From NCBI GenBank assembly GCA_964106645.2, contig OZ067051.1: a DNA stretch of 64,000 bases; one strand, written 5' to 3'. Below are positions 21,895-33,614 of the stretch, piece by piece. The notes beneath the pieces are model-generated. The model ran no database searches. It worked only from the letters and a program-made list of their open reading frames with translations, and was not told the origin of the DNA. Positions within the stretch are counted from its first letter, which is position 1. Each line of letters starts with the position of its first letter. This DNA is from Podarcis pityusensis (lineage: Eukaryota). The translations under genes were made by a program, and so were the position numbers.

Positions 21895-24800
21895 GTAACC
21901 ATCTTACCAAGGCCGGATCAAAACATGGGAAATGATCCAGCCAAACTCAAGTGGCAATATGCTAGTCCTACTCAGAGCAGGCCCACTGGAGTTAATGGAC
22001 ACTACTAACTTGGATTTCTCAATTTCAGTGGGTCAACTCGGAGTAGGGCTCTGGGCTGATTTGCACTTACCTTCTTGCCCCAGGCACTGTTCTGTGCTTT
22101 AAAGCTCTGTGTCAAGTGTTTTATTTTTGCCCCAGATTTCCCTGCGAAAACCTGTGCTTTGGTGCTCAGTTGGAGCAAATGGCAATTTAGGCTTTCTGCA
22201 GGTTGCCATTTGCTCTGATTCAGCTTTAATGAGCGGGTTTTTGAGGGGAAATCTCAGGAACAAAAGAAGAAGAAGAAGAGGTGCTCAACACTGAGTTTTA
22301 AAGTGGATGCGCCCCTACCTGGAAAGAGTGGAGGAAAGGTAAGTGTGGACAAGCCCTTAGCTAAATACAACCCAAGCTTTTTAAAACTATGCTGGTTTCA
22401 AAGGGAAACACCTAAGTACCTACTTATCAGGTCCATTGAAATCAAAGGTGTGTATATATGTTTTAAAGCTAGCTGGGCGTTGCTAAGGACTTAAAAGTAC
22501 CTACCTGTGACACAAATTTTCATGAATGTATAGTGTTCCTCTGGGGAAATGAAGATGGGTAGTTGAGGTCCCACCAGCACCTTGCTTTGCAGCCTGCTCA
22601 GCTGCCCTATAAGCATTGTTTTAAAAGTTTTTGCTTTGTTTTTTAAGGTGGAAGGGTCAGGCAATTGGGGGCCCAGCTCAAAAGATCCAGTTTTTGGGCC
22701 ACCTGCTCCCTGCACCCACAACCTCCTGGCTGGTTGGATAATGTTTTAACAATGGATGGAGAGGATCCTGTACAAACATTTTAAAATGCTTCCATTCAGT
22801 AAGCAGGCCTCTAGCTCAAATAGACTTTTCTGCTAACTGGATGCAGCTTAGAGCCTTACAAAACAAACAAACAAACAAACAAACAAACAAACAAACAAAC
22901 AAACAAACAAACAAACAGTGGCACAGATTAGTTGCTTCATGGACTGCTTTTCTCATGGTTGCATTTTGTGCAGAAGGAAAATTCCATGTACCCAGGACGC
23001 CTATTGCCACTCATGTTGTATCAACTGCAACTGTGGCTGCCCTGTGGAGAATAGTGCGGAGTATCACAAACACATGTTGGGTAGCACCCATGTCACTCCT
23101 GATGATGAGCAAAACAGCATCTGTGTTAGAAAACATTTTTAAAGTATTTTTCTTTATTTTAAAATATTTCTAAAAAGAATTTCTCCTCTTTTTTATATGT
23201 GGATGAATCTGTCAAATTTGAATATTCCAGTTGCAAATTTAGTTTGCCATATATCTGCATCAGTTTGCAATGAATATTCATCAGCATTTTAGTGCACATT
23301 TCTCCGGATACACACATTTTTTGTCTAGTATATGTATTTTTGCAACCAATTTTCTTTAATACCATGCATTTTTGTGTGTTATTTTGACTAAATTTTGTGT
23401 ATGCTTTCCCCATATATGCACATGTTTTTACACCATTTTGAGTTGTAGAACTGTATCACAACACTTGAAGGAGTTGTGGGTTCGAGTTCCCACGTTGGGG
23501 GGAAATATTCCTGCATTGCAGGGGGTTGGACTAGATGGCCCTTGTGGTCCCTTCCTATGATTCTTCCCCTCCCTATGGTTCTAGGACTTTCTAGGACTTA
23601 AGTTCTAATTTTTCTGTGGGGGTGAATGGATGACATGTGAGTTAAAGTTGCCCTCTAGTGCATGAAGACGGGAAATGCAGGTCTTGCCCAATCCTGTGCA
23701 TATGTTTACAGTACTTGGAAGTTGGCTTACTTAGTATTGCGATTTAAGTTGTTTTAGTTGCAGATGGCATTACTATTACATCAAAGAACCTCAGCCATGA
23801 AGCAAAGATACTTCCTGATTGGCACAGCTCAAAAAGAACAGAGATGGTGCCAACATAACAGCTTGCATTCTGCCAGTGATTTTCTAAATTTCTAGCTGTA
23901 CTAAAAGTAACACTTTTCCAGATTAACTCATCTGCCAAGGAATGCCTGCCTCTCGGTCATGGACTCCTTGCATGTTGCAGAGAATTATAGGAAGCACATA
24001 TTTACAGTATATGCCTATCCAGTGCTTTTTTCTGGGGGGGGACACAGGGGTACACATACCTCTAAACCAGGGGTCTGCAACCATTAAGACAAAAAGAGCC
24101 ACTTGGACCCGTTTCCGAAGAAAAAAAAACTGGGAGCCGCAAAACTCGTCATTATAAAAACAACTTTTTGGTCACTTTTTTATTATTTCTTTGTTTGACC
24201 CCTCAGAATTACTCCTCCTCATAGAAATAAACGTTAAATTAACAAGTTACCTTTTTGTGTGTGTGTGTTCTTCACTCCCCTTCAAAACAGTGACCAGCGT
24301 ACATGCCCCCTTTCAATGTAACGGGCAGGCGGGCGGGAAGGTGACATCGGGACGGTGCGTGACTAACGCACGCACCGCCCCCATGCGACGTCACAGCCAG
24401 TACAGCGCCCGCCACAGTGGGGAGTGTCGGGGCGCACAATGCGCCTCCTCCCCTCGCTAGTATCCGCCCCGGAGCCGCGGCAAAGGTGTAAAAGAGCCAC
24501 ATGCGGCTCCGGAGCCGCGGGTTGCAGACCCCTGCTCTAAATATTTTGTGAATCTAAGTTTGGCCTCATTGAGGGACAGGGGTACCTTTACCTTTTTATT
24601 TCAATATGAATAGGAAAAAGAGAGTACCCCTAAACTTTTTTTTTTTTTTTAAAAAGCACTGTGCTTATCTATATAGTAATATGCTTGTGAAAGATGTGAA
24701 ATGCAGTGACCACCATGGAAAAGTTTCATGCAACTCTGGTAATGCGGCTGGCAAATGGGACTGATCTTAAATGGGACTGATCACCTTCCTTGGATACAGA

Positions 24801-26040
24801 ATGACTGAATTATTTTTATAATTATAGCATTATTCTGTGAATTATAGAATTATTCCCACCCCACCCCTCCAGGAAAAACTGCTCATGATGAGAATGCAGC
24901 TGAGGTCCATCATGATGAAACTCGAGATGTTGAAAAATGCCCAGGAGGAGAAGATTTCTAGTCATAAAGTGAGTAGCATTAATTTGTGTTTAAGAATAGC
25001 AGCAGTGAAATTACTTTGTCTATACACCAGAATGTTAATGCACACGTGGGTCTCACAGATCCGATTTTTTCCTTGTAGCTTTGGTGCATGTTTGTCCACA
25101 CATGAGCTCTTTCAATTGATTTCTGTCTGAATGCTTTCCCATCCACACTTGTGGGTGGTGTTTGATGAGGTGTGTTTGCATTATGAGCTTCCGACTTCTC
25201 CTTTCAGTTAACACTTCCCAACCCTCCCGGAGTTCTGGAAGCCTGAGGACCATAGTGGGCATGCCTTCATGTATTTGTTTACCTGTGCATGACCTATTTT
25301 TTATTTTTGAGCTACAAGTCATCAGATATACCAGACTTGCACAAAAGAGGCAAACAATTTCAGATCCTCCGTGTCCCTATTTAACAGGGGCATCCTTGAT
25401 TTAGAGAAGCTGTCCCGGTATCTGATTTGATCATGAAATGTCCCGCTTTTCCTTAGGATGTCCCTATTTTCACTGGAGAAATGTTGGAGGGTATGGAGCT
25501 GTCTGAAGGCAATACTGCATAGGGAAGGGTTTGTTTTTTTTAAATGGTTAATGTTTTATTTTGTTTTATTATATGTTGAAAGCCACCTAGAGTGGCTGGG
25601 GCAACCCAGTAAGATGTATGATGTATAAATAGTAAAATGATCATTATGGAATGGGACGTACCTATTTTCATCGGAGAAATGTTGGAGGCTATGCAATTTT
25701 AAAAATGTACATGTGAGCCTAGCCACGCCAGTAGTAGGCCATTAAGGAGTGCCTCACCATTGGACATAGTGGTTTGTGGAAATAGATGGGACCAAGAAAA
25801 ATGTCATACATGTAAAAAATGCCCCACTCGGCCATCCATCCGCAAAGTGAACTGCAGTACACCAACAATTGGGTAACACAAGGTTTTATATTAGATTCCA
25901 CCCCACCGCTTCACTGCTTAATCCATAGTTCAGGAAAATTCAAATTATAATTAGGGAAAGTATAGGCTGCCCCTTGGATGAGGATAACATTGTGTGAAAA
26001 ACAGGCACACATGGAATGCACTGAATCCACTTTAAACTGG

Positions 26041-26072
<32 letters not shown>

Positions 26073-26555
26073 TTATTATTTATACCCCGCCCATCTGGCT
26101 GGGCTTCCCAAAAAAAATATTAAAATACTGTAATACATCAAACATTAAAAGCTTCCCTAAACAGGGCTGCCTTCAGATGTCTTCTAAAAGTCTGGTAGTT
26201 GTTGTTCTCTTTGACATCTGGTGGGAGGGCGTTCCACAGGGAGGGTGCCACTACCGAGAAGGCCCTCTGCCTGGTTCCCTGTAACTTGGCTTCTCGCAGT
26301 GAGGGAACTGCCAGAAGGCCCTCGGTGCTGGACCTCAGTGTCCGGGTAGAATGATGGGGGTGGAGACGCTCCTTCAGGTATACTGGACCGAGGCCGTTTA
26401 GGGCTTTAAAGGTCAGCACCAACACTTTGAATTGTGCTCGGAAACGTACTGGGAGCCAATGTAGGTCTTTCAAGACCGGTGTTATATGGTCTCGGCGGCT
26501 GCTCCCAGTCACTAGTGTTTTCCATACCTACATTAAATCAATTGAATGAAGGAAG

Positions 26556-26594
<39 letters not shown>

Positions 26595-29500
26595 GAATGC
26601 TGTGCACATACTTCAGTTTACTCTGAACCCAATGTGCTCCCACCACTGGTTTGTGAAACCATGTACACATGCTGTTAGTCACAATCCACATCTGTTCTGT
26701 AGTTTCTTGAGAAGTTTTGTGTTTTGATGCATTTCCCCCCAAAGTAGCTTCAATCTTATTTGAACAATATCAAGACACCTGCATCTTCTCTCCATCCAAT
26801 GGTGTCAACAGACACCAGGCTACTTAGAAACACATCCAGCCATACTGAGGCACTTAACAGTATGTAATGAAATTATCACCATCATCATTATTATAATTAT
26901 CAATGATGTGCAAATGCAATTTGAAACCCAGTGGAGGGGAAAGGCCCCAACTATGTTTTAATCTAGCCCAAGCTAACTTAGCCCAAGCTAACTGAGCTCT
27001 GTTCAGTTCTGGTACTGAAAACAAATTCTAATATCAGGATGTACTCATCTTTTACTCACATCTTTAATTGCAAATACTCACATCTTTAATTGCACAAGGT
27101 CTGGTTGACAGATCATGTGATTTTAGTAATAAATAAATAAAATAAATTTGACACGTCTGAAGTCTGCAAACCCCTGATATAAAAGTAAGCTTGTCTGGAG
27201 TTGTAACTCGATGCACTTCGAATTTGCTCTTGATTGCCTATTATTAAAGAGGAAAAGAAAATCTAGAGAATCACCCCAACAATAATGTTGCTATTTTAAT
27301 AATTGTGTGCTTCCAGATAGGGTCTTAATACTGCGAAAGGGTCACTGAAATATTACAAAGCAGTAATAGACAACAGTTTTCAAAAAAAGAGAAGATCTTA
27401 CTTATTTATAAAAATACTTATATCAGCTACTAGAGTACCCTTTGCTTTGTCTGATAAATTATTTTTTTCCAGGAGAACAGATTGCAATTTCAGTACCACA
27501 TTTCCTTGGAATTTCTAAAACTGCACCAGTTTCTTCATGGCAAGGAGAAAATGTACATCAATCAGTTAAAAGAAGAGGGTGAAATTCTCCTCCAAGAAAT
27601 GGAGGCAAATCTAAACAAACTCCAAGACCAAACACAGAGCGCTAAGGATACCCTGGTCTGCATCCAGGCCCGTCTGTACCAGCAGAATTCTGCTGGCTTC
27701 CTGAAAGTAAGGAATTTGGACCTAACTGTACAGCATTGTTTGGGTTATTGTCCATGGGTTATTTCAGAGATTTCTAGCTCAGTCACTGTGTGCTTAGTAT
27801 AAGGAAACAGCCCATAGTAATAAGGGATATGTTAATGAAAAAAGGGAGTTTTCCAGCTCCAGGAAATGATGCTCTGAGTTGCATTACCCTGTGTTTCCCC
27901 TTGACTGCATCGCTTGAGCTCTGAAGGTCCTGACCAGGGAGATGCAAAATGTCCAGCAATTTGTGGCACAGGAAGAAGCCCTAAATTTCTATGAGCTAAA
28001 GCACAAATTGTATTTGGGCCCTCTTACATGGAGGTGAGGCAGGAAGCCAGTCAGCCAAGCTAATAGTGAGGTGAGCAGTGGCCTTGAGTGTGTGTGTGTT
28101 GTGTGCCAATTCACTACCCCGCAATGCCTGCTGCCAGAAGGCTTTGATACTCGGGCCTTAACACCTATGCTAGCCTGCAGCTGATATAGCAAAGATTTAG
28201 GAGAAAATTCACGCCAGTTGGCTGGTAGGATTTAGGATGCGGCAGTTTATCTACTGCTTTCCTTCCTCCCTGTCCCCACATAGAGTTGTTTTGCCCCTTT
28301 AGTAATGGAAGCTGAAAATAGAAGAAGGGAATCTGGGATACAGCAACAACAGTATGTTTTTATAGCCTCGCAAAGAGATTTGGTGAAAGCAGCTTTTTAG
28401 ATCACCTTGAACATCTGCGAGAAAAGAAACACCTTCTGGGAGAAGAGACAGGCAGGCTGTGAGGGGCATCGATTGGTTTGTGGCGCAATGAACCACCTGT
28501 CCTGTTTGGGTTTGCTAGGTTCCACATATGCTGAAAGTGTGTCCCAAAGACCATTAGTAAATAACTGTTTTTTCCCCTCTCTCTCCTTTCCTCTGACAGG
28601 GAATAAAAGCTTTCATGGAAAAGTAAGTGTGAGACTGTGAGCAAGTGTTATCGAAACAGTAAGGCAGGATTTCTTTAATCAGTCAGGGGACAAGCCTTAT
28701 TCAGGTGTGGGTACCAGATGTGAGTTTGATAGGGTGGGTAGCAAGAATGAGTATACTAGCCATGCCCTTGAAAGTTGGCATATGTTCCAGTGGCAGGATG
28801 TTCTCCATGGGACCAGGCTATGCATTCTTGATACCTTGGTTCTTGGTATCTTCTATGGATGCTAAATAGCTAAACAGGGCTAATAGGTTTCGCCATATGT
28901 AATTAAGAGCGATATTTCATATTACAGAAGAGTAGGGCCTGCTTCAGACATAACACTATACAGGTAACTCACGCCTATTCAACTTGTGAACATTGAGGCT
29001 TGGGTTCCAGGCACACAAACACATAGTGGGTAGAAAGTGGGTGATGTTTGTGTGTGGGGGAAACCTTTGGCAATTTCCCCCACCATTGCACCCAATGTCT
29101 TTTGACTATACTCGATTTTTGCATTGTGTGCTATCTCCGGAACGTAAGCATCCCATAAGTTGAGAGTTGCCCGTAGCATAATTTAATATTACAGGAATGA
29201 AGTAGCATGAGCCTTGGGCTCAAGTGTGCCCTTCTCTTCTGCTGGCATATGTCAGAGTATAGGGATGGAAGAGAAATTTGATTTTGTTTGCAATTTGAGG
29301 AGAAACTACCTCAGTATTTCATATTTTATGAAACAGTTTCTGATCTGAAACACAGCTAGCTGTCAAAATTTGCACTACTCTGAATTTTTCAATGCAGTTC
29401 TGTATCCATATTAAATGTATATTTTAGTTAAAAATAATGTGCAAAATAACATTATATTAGGGGACATTAATTGCAAAAAATGTGTACATTTGTCAAAACT

Positions 29501-32012
29501 GCATACAAATGTGTGCTTAGTAGGAGAAATGCACACAAAAATGATGACAAATTTAAAAGAACTTTTTTAGGGGGTGGGGGGGTGGACAGAATATTAAATT
29601 GCTATAGAAATGTGGAGAACTGACTTTAATATTGGGGAAAATGAGAAACATAGTGAACTTATATTTTAACTGGTCACAAACATATCTTCAGGCAAATTAT
29701 GGCTAAATGTGAACATGAAGCATACTAGTACATGCTGCTGAAAATTTATCTTTCTGTTCTTCCCTTGCTCCAACTACTGCTGCACCATTATTGTTATTTT
29801 TATTCATTTGTAGGGTCCAATTGTAGCCATTTCTGGAATGCCTCTTACAGTTTTTAATCACTGTCAACAAAACTGAATATAGTAATGCATTATCTTCTAC
29901 AAACATGTTTTAAGTATATTTTGAGCAGTGCATCCCACATTGTCATTATACTTTTGAATGCTTTGATGGCCTTTGGCTAAGCAATGAAGATTTGTTTTGA
30001 TATGTGAACCCACTATAATAGTTGTTTATAGAACTTTTTTCAGGCAGTATCCCTTCCTGCTAACTGGAATGTGAATTCATGATTTGTGCAGGATGGAACA
30101 GAAAACGGAAAATTCATCTCTGGGTGAACTAGTGATTGGAACTCTGAATGCAGGGGACTACAAAGGGCCCATACATTATGCCGTATGGAAGGAAATGAAA
30201 TCCATCCTCAGCCCAGGTAAAGCTGTGTCCTGTACCACTTACTCATCTTTAAATCAAACAAAAGCTGTAGCTCTGTACACACATGGAAGTAAGCCCCACT
30301 GAACTAACTTCTGAGTAATTCTAAAGATACTGCAGCAAGGCATTAGAAAATTTGGCACTGCATTGTGGTCAAAGGCAGGAAAGGCACCATAAATTTGTAT
30401 AGGACCGTGCTGTAAAATGGTTTAAGGGAAAAGACAGGCAGTCACTGAGCTTCACATAAGTGTTCTGATTCCTCTTTCTCACCACAATAAGGGCTTGCAG
30501 GATCATTTGTTGTTGTCTCCTGTTAGTCCCCCACAACACAGGAATATAATTTAAGAGAGTGCAAACATCTACCAATCAGTTTCTTCAAAACAAAGTTAAC
30601 ATGAACAATAATTTCTAACCTAAAAGAAGATACCTCAAAGAGGTGTTTTCAGTGTTACATCACCAGCATCTGCCTGAACTAGCAAATTCCTTTCTCTAAA
30701 AGTGTTGTGGAGTCCAATATACATGGAACATCATTTTTTGCTGAATTAATCTCTGTTTTAAATCTCTGCTTCATCACTACATATAGATGCTGAAGCAACT
30801 TTTCAGTGAATAGAGGTGAATGGAATGCTCTATTCATTCATCAACAAGTTTCTGAAAATCCAATTTACAACATTTCCAAAAACATTTCTCAACAACCATT
30901 ACACAAATATCCAACTATTTCCTTTAGCAATATTGGAGATATCTAGTTACTCAATGCCTACAGTCTATAAATAGACACTAAAAGGTGCTGTAGCTGAGGA
31001 TACTGCCGTTCAGCATTAGTGAGTTAAGTGGCATTTGGACTGCAAACTTTAAAATGAAAGTGGCAAAATTTAAAATGACATTGTATTACTTTTTTGTTGG
31101 GACAGGGAATGCAGGTTTTCATGAATAACTTGCATATCTTTACATCTAGAAAAAAGTTTTCTTAATGTTTTTCATGTATTTATATCTCATTTTTCTTCCA
31201 CTATGGAACTTAACACAGCCTTAACAGAATTATTAGTGGTTTCCAAACTCAACATTCACCAAACCCAGACTTGCTTAGCTTTAGCAAAGCTGTTGAATTA
31301 AGGCCTTAGCTGGTGCATGAAAGAGAACATCATATATTGAGGAATCAATTTTTTTGCATAACACATTCTGACCGTAGGGTCTTATTTATTGGGTGTATTT
31401 ACACTTTTACAATTGTCCTTAAATGTCTCCAATGCTACAATAGTCATGTTTTTCTTGATCCCACCAGACATTTCCTTCCTGACTCTGGACCCCAAAACCG
31501 CACATCCAAACTTGGTTCTCTCCGACAGGATGACCTGCGTGAGACATACTGACACAAAGCTAGTTTTGCCAGACATTCCAGAGAGATTTGACTGCAGCGT
31601 TTCTGTCCTGGCGGCTGAAGGGTTCACCACTGGGAGACACTACTGGGAAGTGGAGACATGGAACAAGACGAAATGGACCTTGGGGGTTGTGAGAGAGAGC
31701 ATTAACCGTAAAGGGAACTACCCACTGTCCCCCAAAGAGGGGCACTGGCTTATAAAGCTAAGGAATAAGAATGAGTTTAAAGCTATAGACATGGAATCAA
31801 AATCTCTGGCCCTGTCCAAAATTCCCTCTAGAATTGGGGTGTTCTTGGATTATGAGGGTGGTCAGGTATCCTTTTATAATGCAGACAATATGTCTCACAT
31901 CTACACTTTCATGGACAATTTTGCAGAGAAACTCTACCCATACCTTTGTCCATGTCTGAACGACGCAGGACAAAACAGTGAGCCCCTGAGACTTGTTGCT
32001 TTTCACTTATAG
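21403..32012 (+). CDS. TRIM69: E3 ubiquitin ligase TRIM69 (RING, degenerate B-box, coiled coil, PRY/SPRY), 504 aa; join(21403..21894,24873..24968,27473..27706,28600..28622,30092..30216,31468..32012)
   Basis: C3HC4 RING; TRIM-typical 96/234/23-nt exons; [33 protein letters not shown] and CPCLND segments match TRIM69; position between B2M and TERB2. Confidence 0.96.
22860..22917. repeat. (AAAC)n microsatellite
   Basis: Direct reading. Confidence 0.95.
24020..24661. mobile_element. hAT MITE (4006 family) hosting a younger hAT element at 24068-24534
   Basis: Outer TIR CAGTGCTTTTT with TSD TGC(C/T)TATC; inner perfect TIR CAGGGGTCTGCAACC with TSD CTCTAAA(C/T) and a CpG-rich body. Confidence 0.9.
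24873..24968 (+). CDS. TRIM69: TRIM69 96-nt coiled-coil exon
   Basis: ag|GAAAAA...CATAAA|gtgagt, phase 0-0. Confidence 0.95.
26041..26515 (-). mobile_element. L2-clade LINE 3' fragment (young)
   Basis: [33 protein letters not shown]...[15 protein letters not shown]; (ATT)n tail. Confidence 0.92.
26556..26594. repeat. (CTAA)n microsatellite
   Basis: Direct reading. Confidence 0.95.
27473..27706 (+). CDS. TRIM69: TRIM69 234-nt coiled-coil exon
   Basis: [22 protein letters not shown]...GFLK; canonical splice sites. Confidence 0.96.
28600..28622 (+). CDS. TRIM69: TRIM69 23-nt micro-exon
   Basis: Long pyrimidine tract + cag; GIKAFME; donor gtaagt; restores the phase needed by the next exon. 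Confidence 0.92.
30092..30216 (+). CDS. TRIM69: TRIM69 linker exon
   Basis: MEQK...[19 protein letters not shown]; 125 nt, phase 2-1. Confidence 0.94.
31468..32012 (+). CDS. TRIM69: TRIM69 PRY/SPRY (B30.2) exon
   Basis: LDP, YWEVE and LDYE motifs; TAG stop; AATAAA at about 32660 and 32683. Confidence 0.97.
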
Positions 32013-33550
32013 AGCCAGGGTGAGAAGGAGCACCTAGTGTAAAATAGATCTCTTTCACCCTGAGCTATTAGATACAGACAACTCATATGATCCAGTGCTA
32101 AGATCCCATTGTCAATGAAAGGGGACGGCAGGTGCCCCTGGACTTCTTTTGGGACTTAACTCTGGCCCTATCATTGGGACCTGCTCTGGTAGCTATCCTG
32201 ACCCTTCCTGTGGTCCAGCTTCAATTCTGCTACACAGCCCTGCCATGTCTGAAAAGTTAGCAGGATCCCACGTAGGTCCCTAAAAGTGGCATCGCAGTTG
32301 AGGCCTACAGAATTCTTACACTAACCACTCCTAATTGTAAACTTTTAAGGAGAGATTAATTATATATTTTTCCCCAAAAGGAAAAAAATTAAAATTATTA
32401 TTAATTTTTAAAAAATCCTCTTGAGTTCACAATGTAGCACAAGTTTAGCACATGTATAAAATTGTCCACATGTATATTTATTAGAAAAATATTCAGCTTA
32501 GAAATAGCAGGGAACAGAAGCAAAGGTTAATAAGTAATAACTCTGGGATAAAACTTGTTCCCCAACAAAAATGTTTTGGTGTGTCCTTTTGTATTTGTTT
32601 GATGAAATCCAATGAAAAGAATACTCATATCAATTTCACAGTGTGCTGCTGGGCTCTTGAATAAAGTTCAGATAATAGTCTTAATAAAGGGTAAATGTTT
32701 ATGTCTGTAGACCATTATTATTTGGCTTACACAGGTTTTGCATTCATTACACTACCCTACTGCAGTGCTAGCTGGGGTTGAAGGGTGCTATTTTTAAGGA
32801 GAAAGTCACACAAAAATGCTGATCAATTTCTATAAGGATTTTTTTTAATAAAAAAAACAACGAAGACATTTTTTGTGATTTCCTGAGAAAATGTGGAAAA
32901 CTGAATGTAAGATTGGAAAAATGAGAAACTGGGGAAACTGGCAGATTCATCCATCCCTTATTGTGATAGATGTACATAACTGTCGGTGGAAAATCAAGTC
33001 CCTAATTTCACCATGACCCCATGTTGTAAGATGTTTTCAAGTAGGCTTTCCGTTTTATTGCCCTTTATGCTACCAAGACGGACACTGGCAGCCGAAATAT
33101 ATCAGAAATCCTCTTTCACACTATTGCTGGGCAGTCCCAGCAAGGCCCACCATCGGGGTAGGGGCCTAGCAATGGAGACTTTGCGCACAAGCCTTCAAAA
33201 CCTAGATTTGGCCTTGTTCACGATTAATTGATTTAAATTATGACAGGAATGCTGCAAAGTCAGTAGCATCGAAATAGCCTTTATTGGGGTGGGGGGAGAG
33301 ACTGCCTCGGACACCCTCTGTGTGCAAAACGCCATGAATTCCTGTGAGGAAAGGCATTTTTTTTTGTGGGTTCTCTTTTGTGCACAATACACTGTGGAAA
33401 ACGTGTGCACGTATTGGTCAAATGTAGTTGTGGAAAGAGGGTGGAGACATATTTCTCCTTCCTTCGCTCTGCAGGATTTCGGTTTCACTGTATCAAAAAA
33501 AAGGCGGGAAAGTGGAGGCCTGTCAGGGCCACCCTTTACCTCACAGCAGG

Positions 33551-33614
33551 ATGTTCAGGGGCTGCAGCGCCTGGTTTTCTCAAAGCGTCAGCCATGAGCT
33601 CCGTGGCCTTTGGG
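33551..33614 (+). CDS. TERB2: TERB2 coding exon 1
   Basis: MFRGCSAWFSQSVSHELRGLW; donor GGG|gtgagg. Confidence 0.94.

Noticed and set aside
26556-26594. (CTAA)n resembling a telomeric repeat near a telomere gene
   Set aside because: Tetranucleotide microsatellite, not TTAGGG
27053-27094. Short direct duplications (also near 24753, 26965, 39444, 40067)
   Set aside because: Two-copy 14-20 bp slippage or repair duplications; not a CRISPR-like or otherwise regular array
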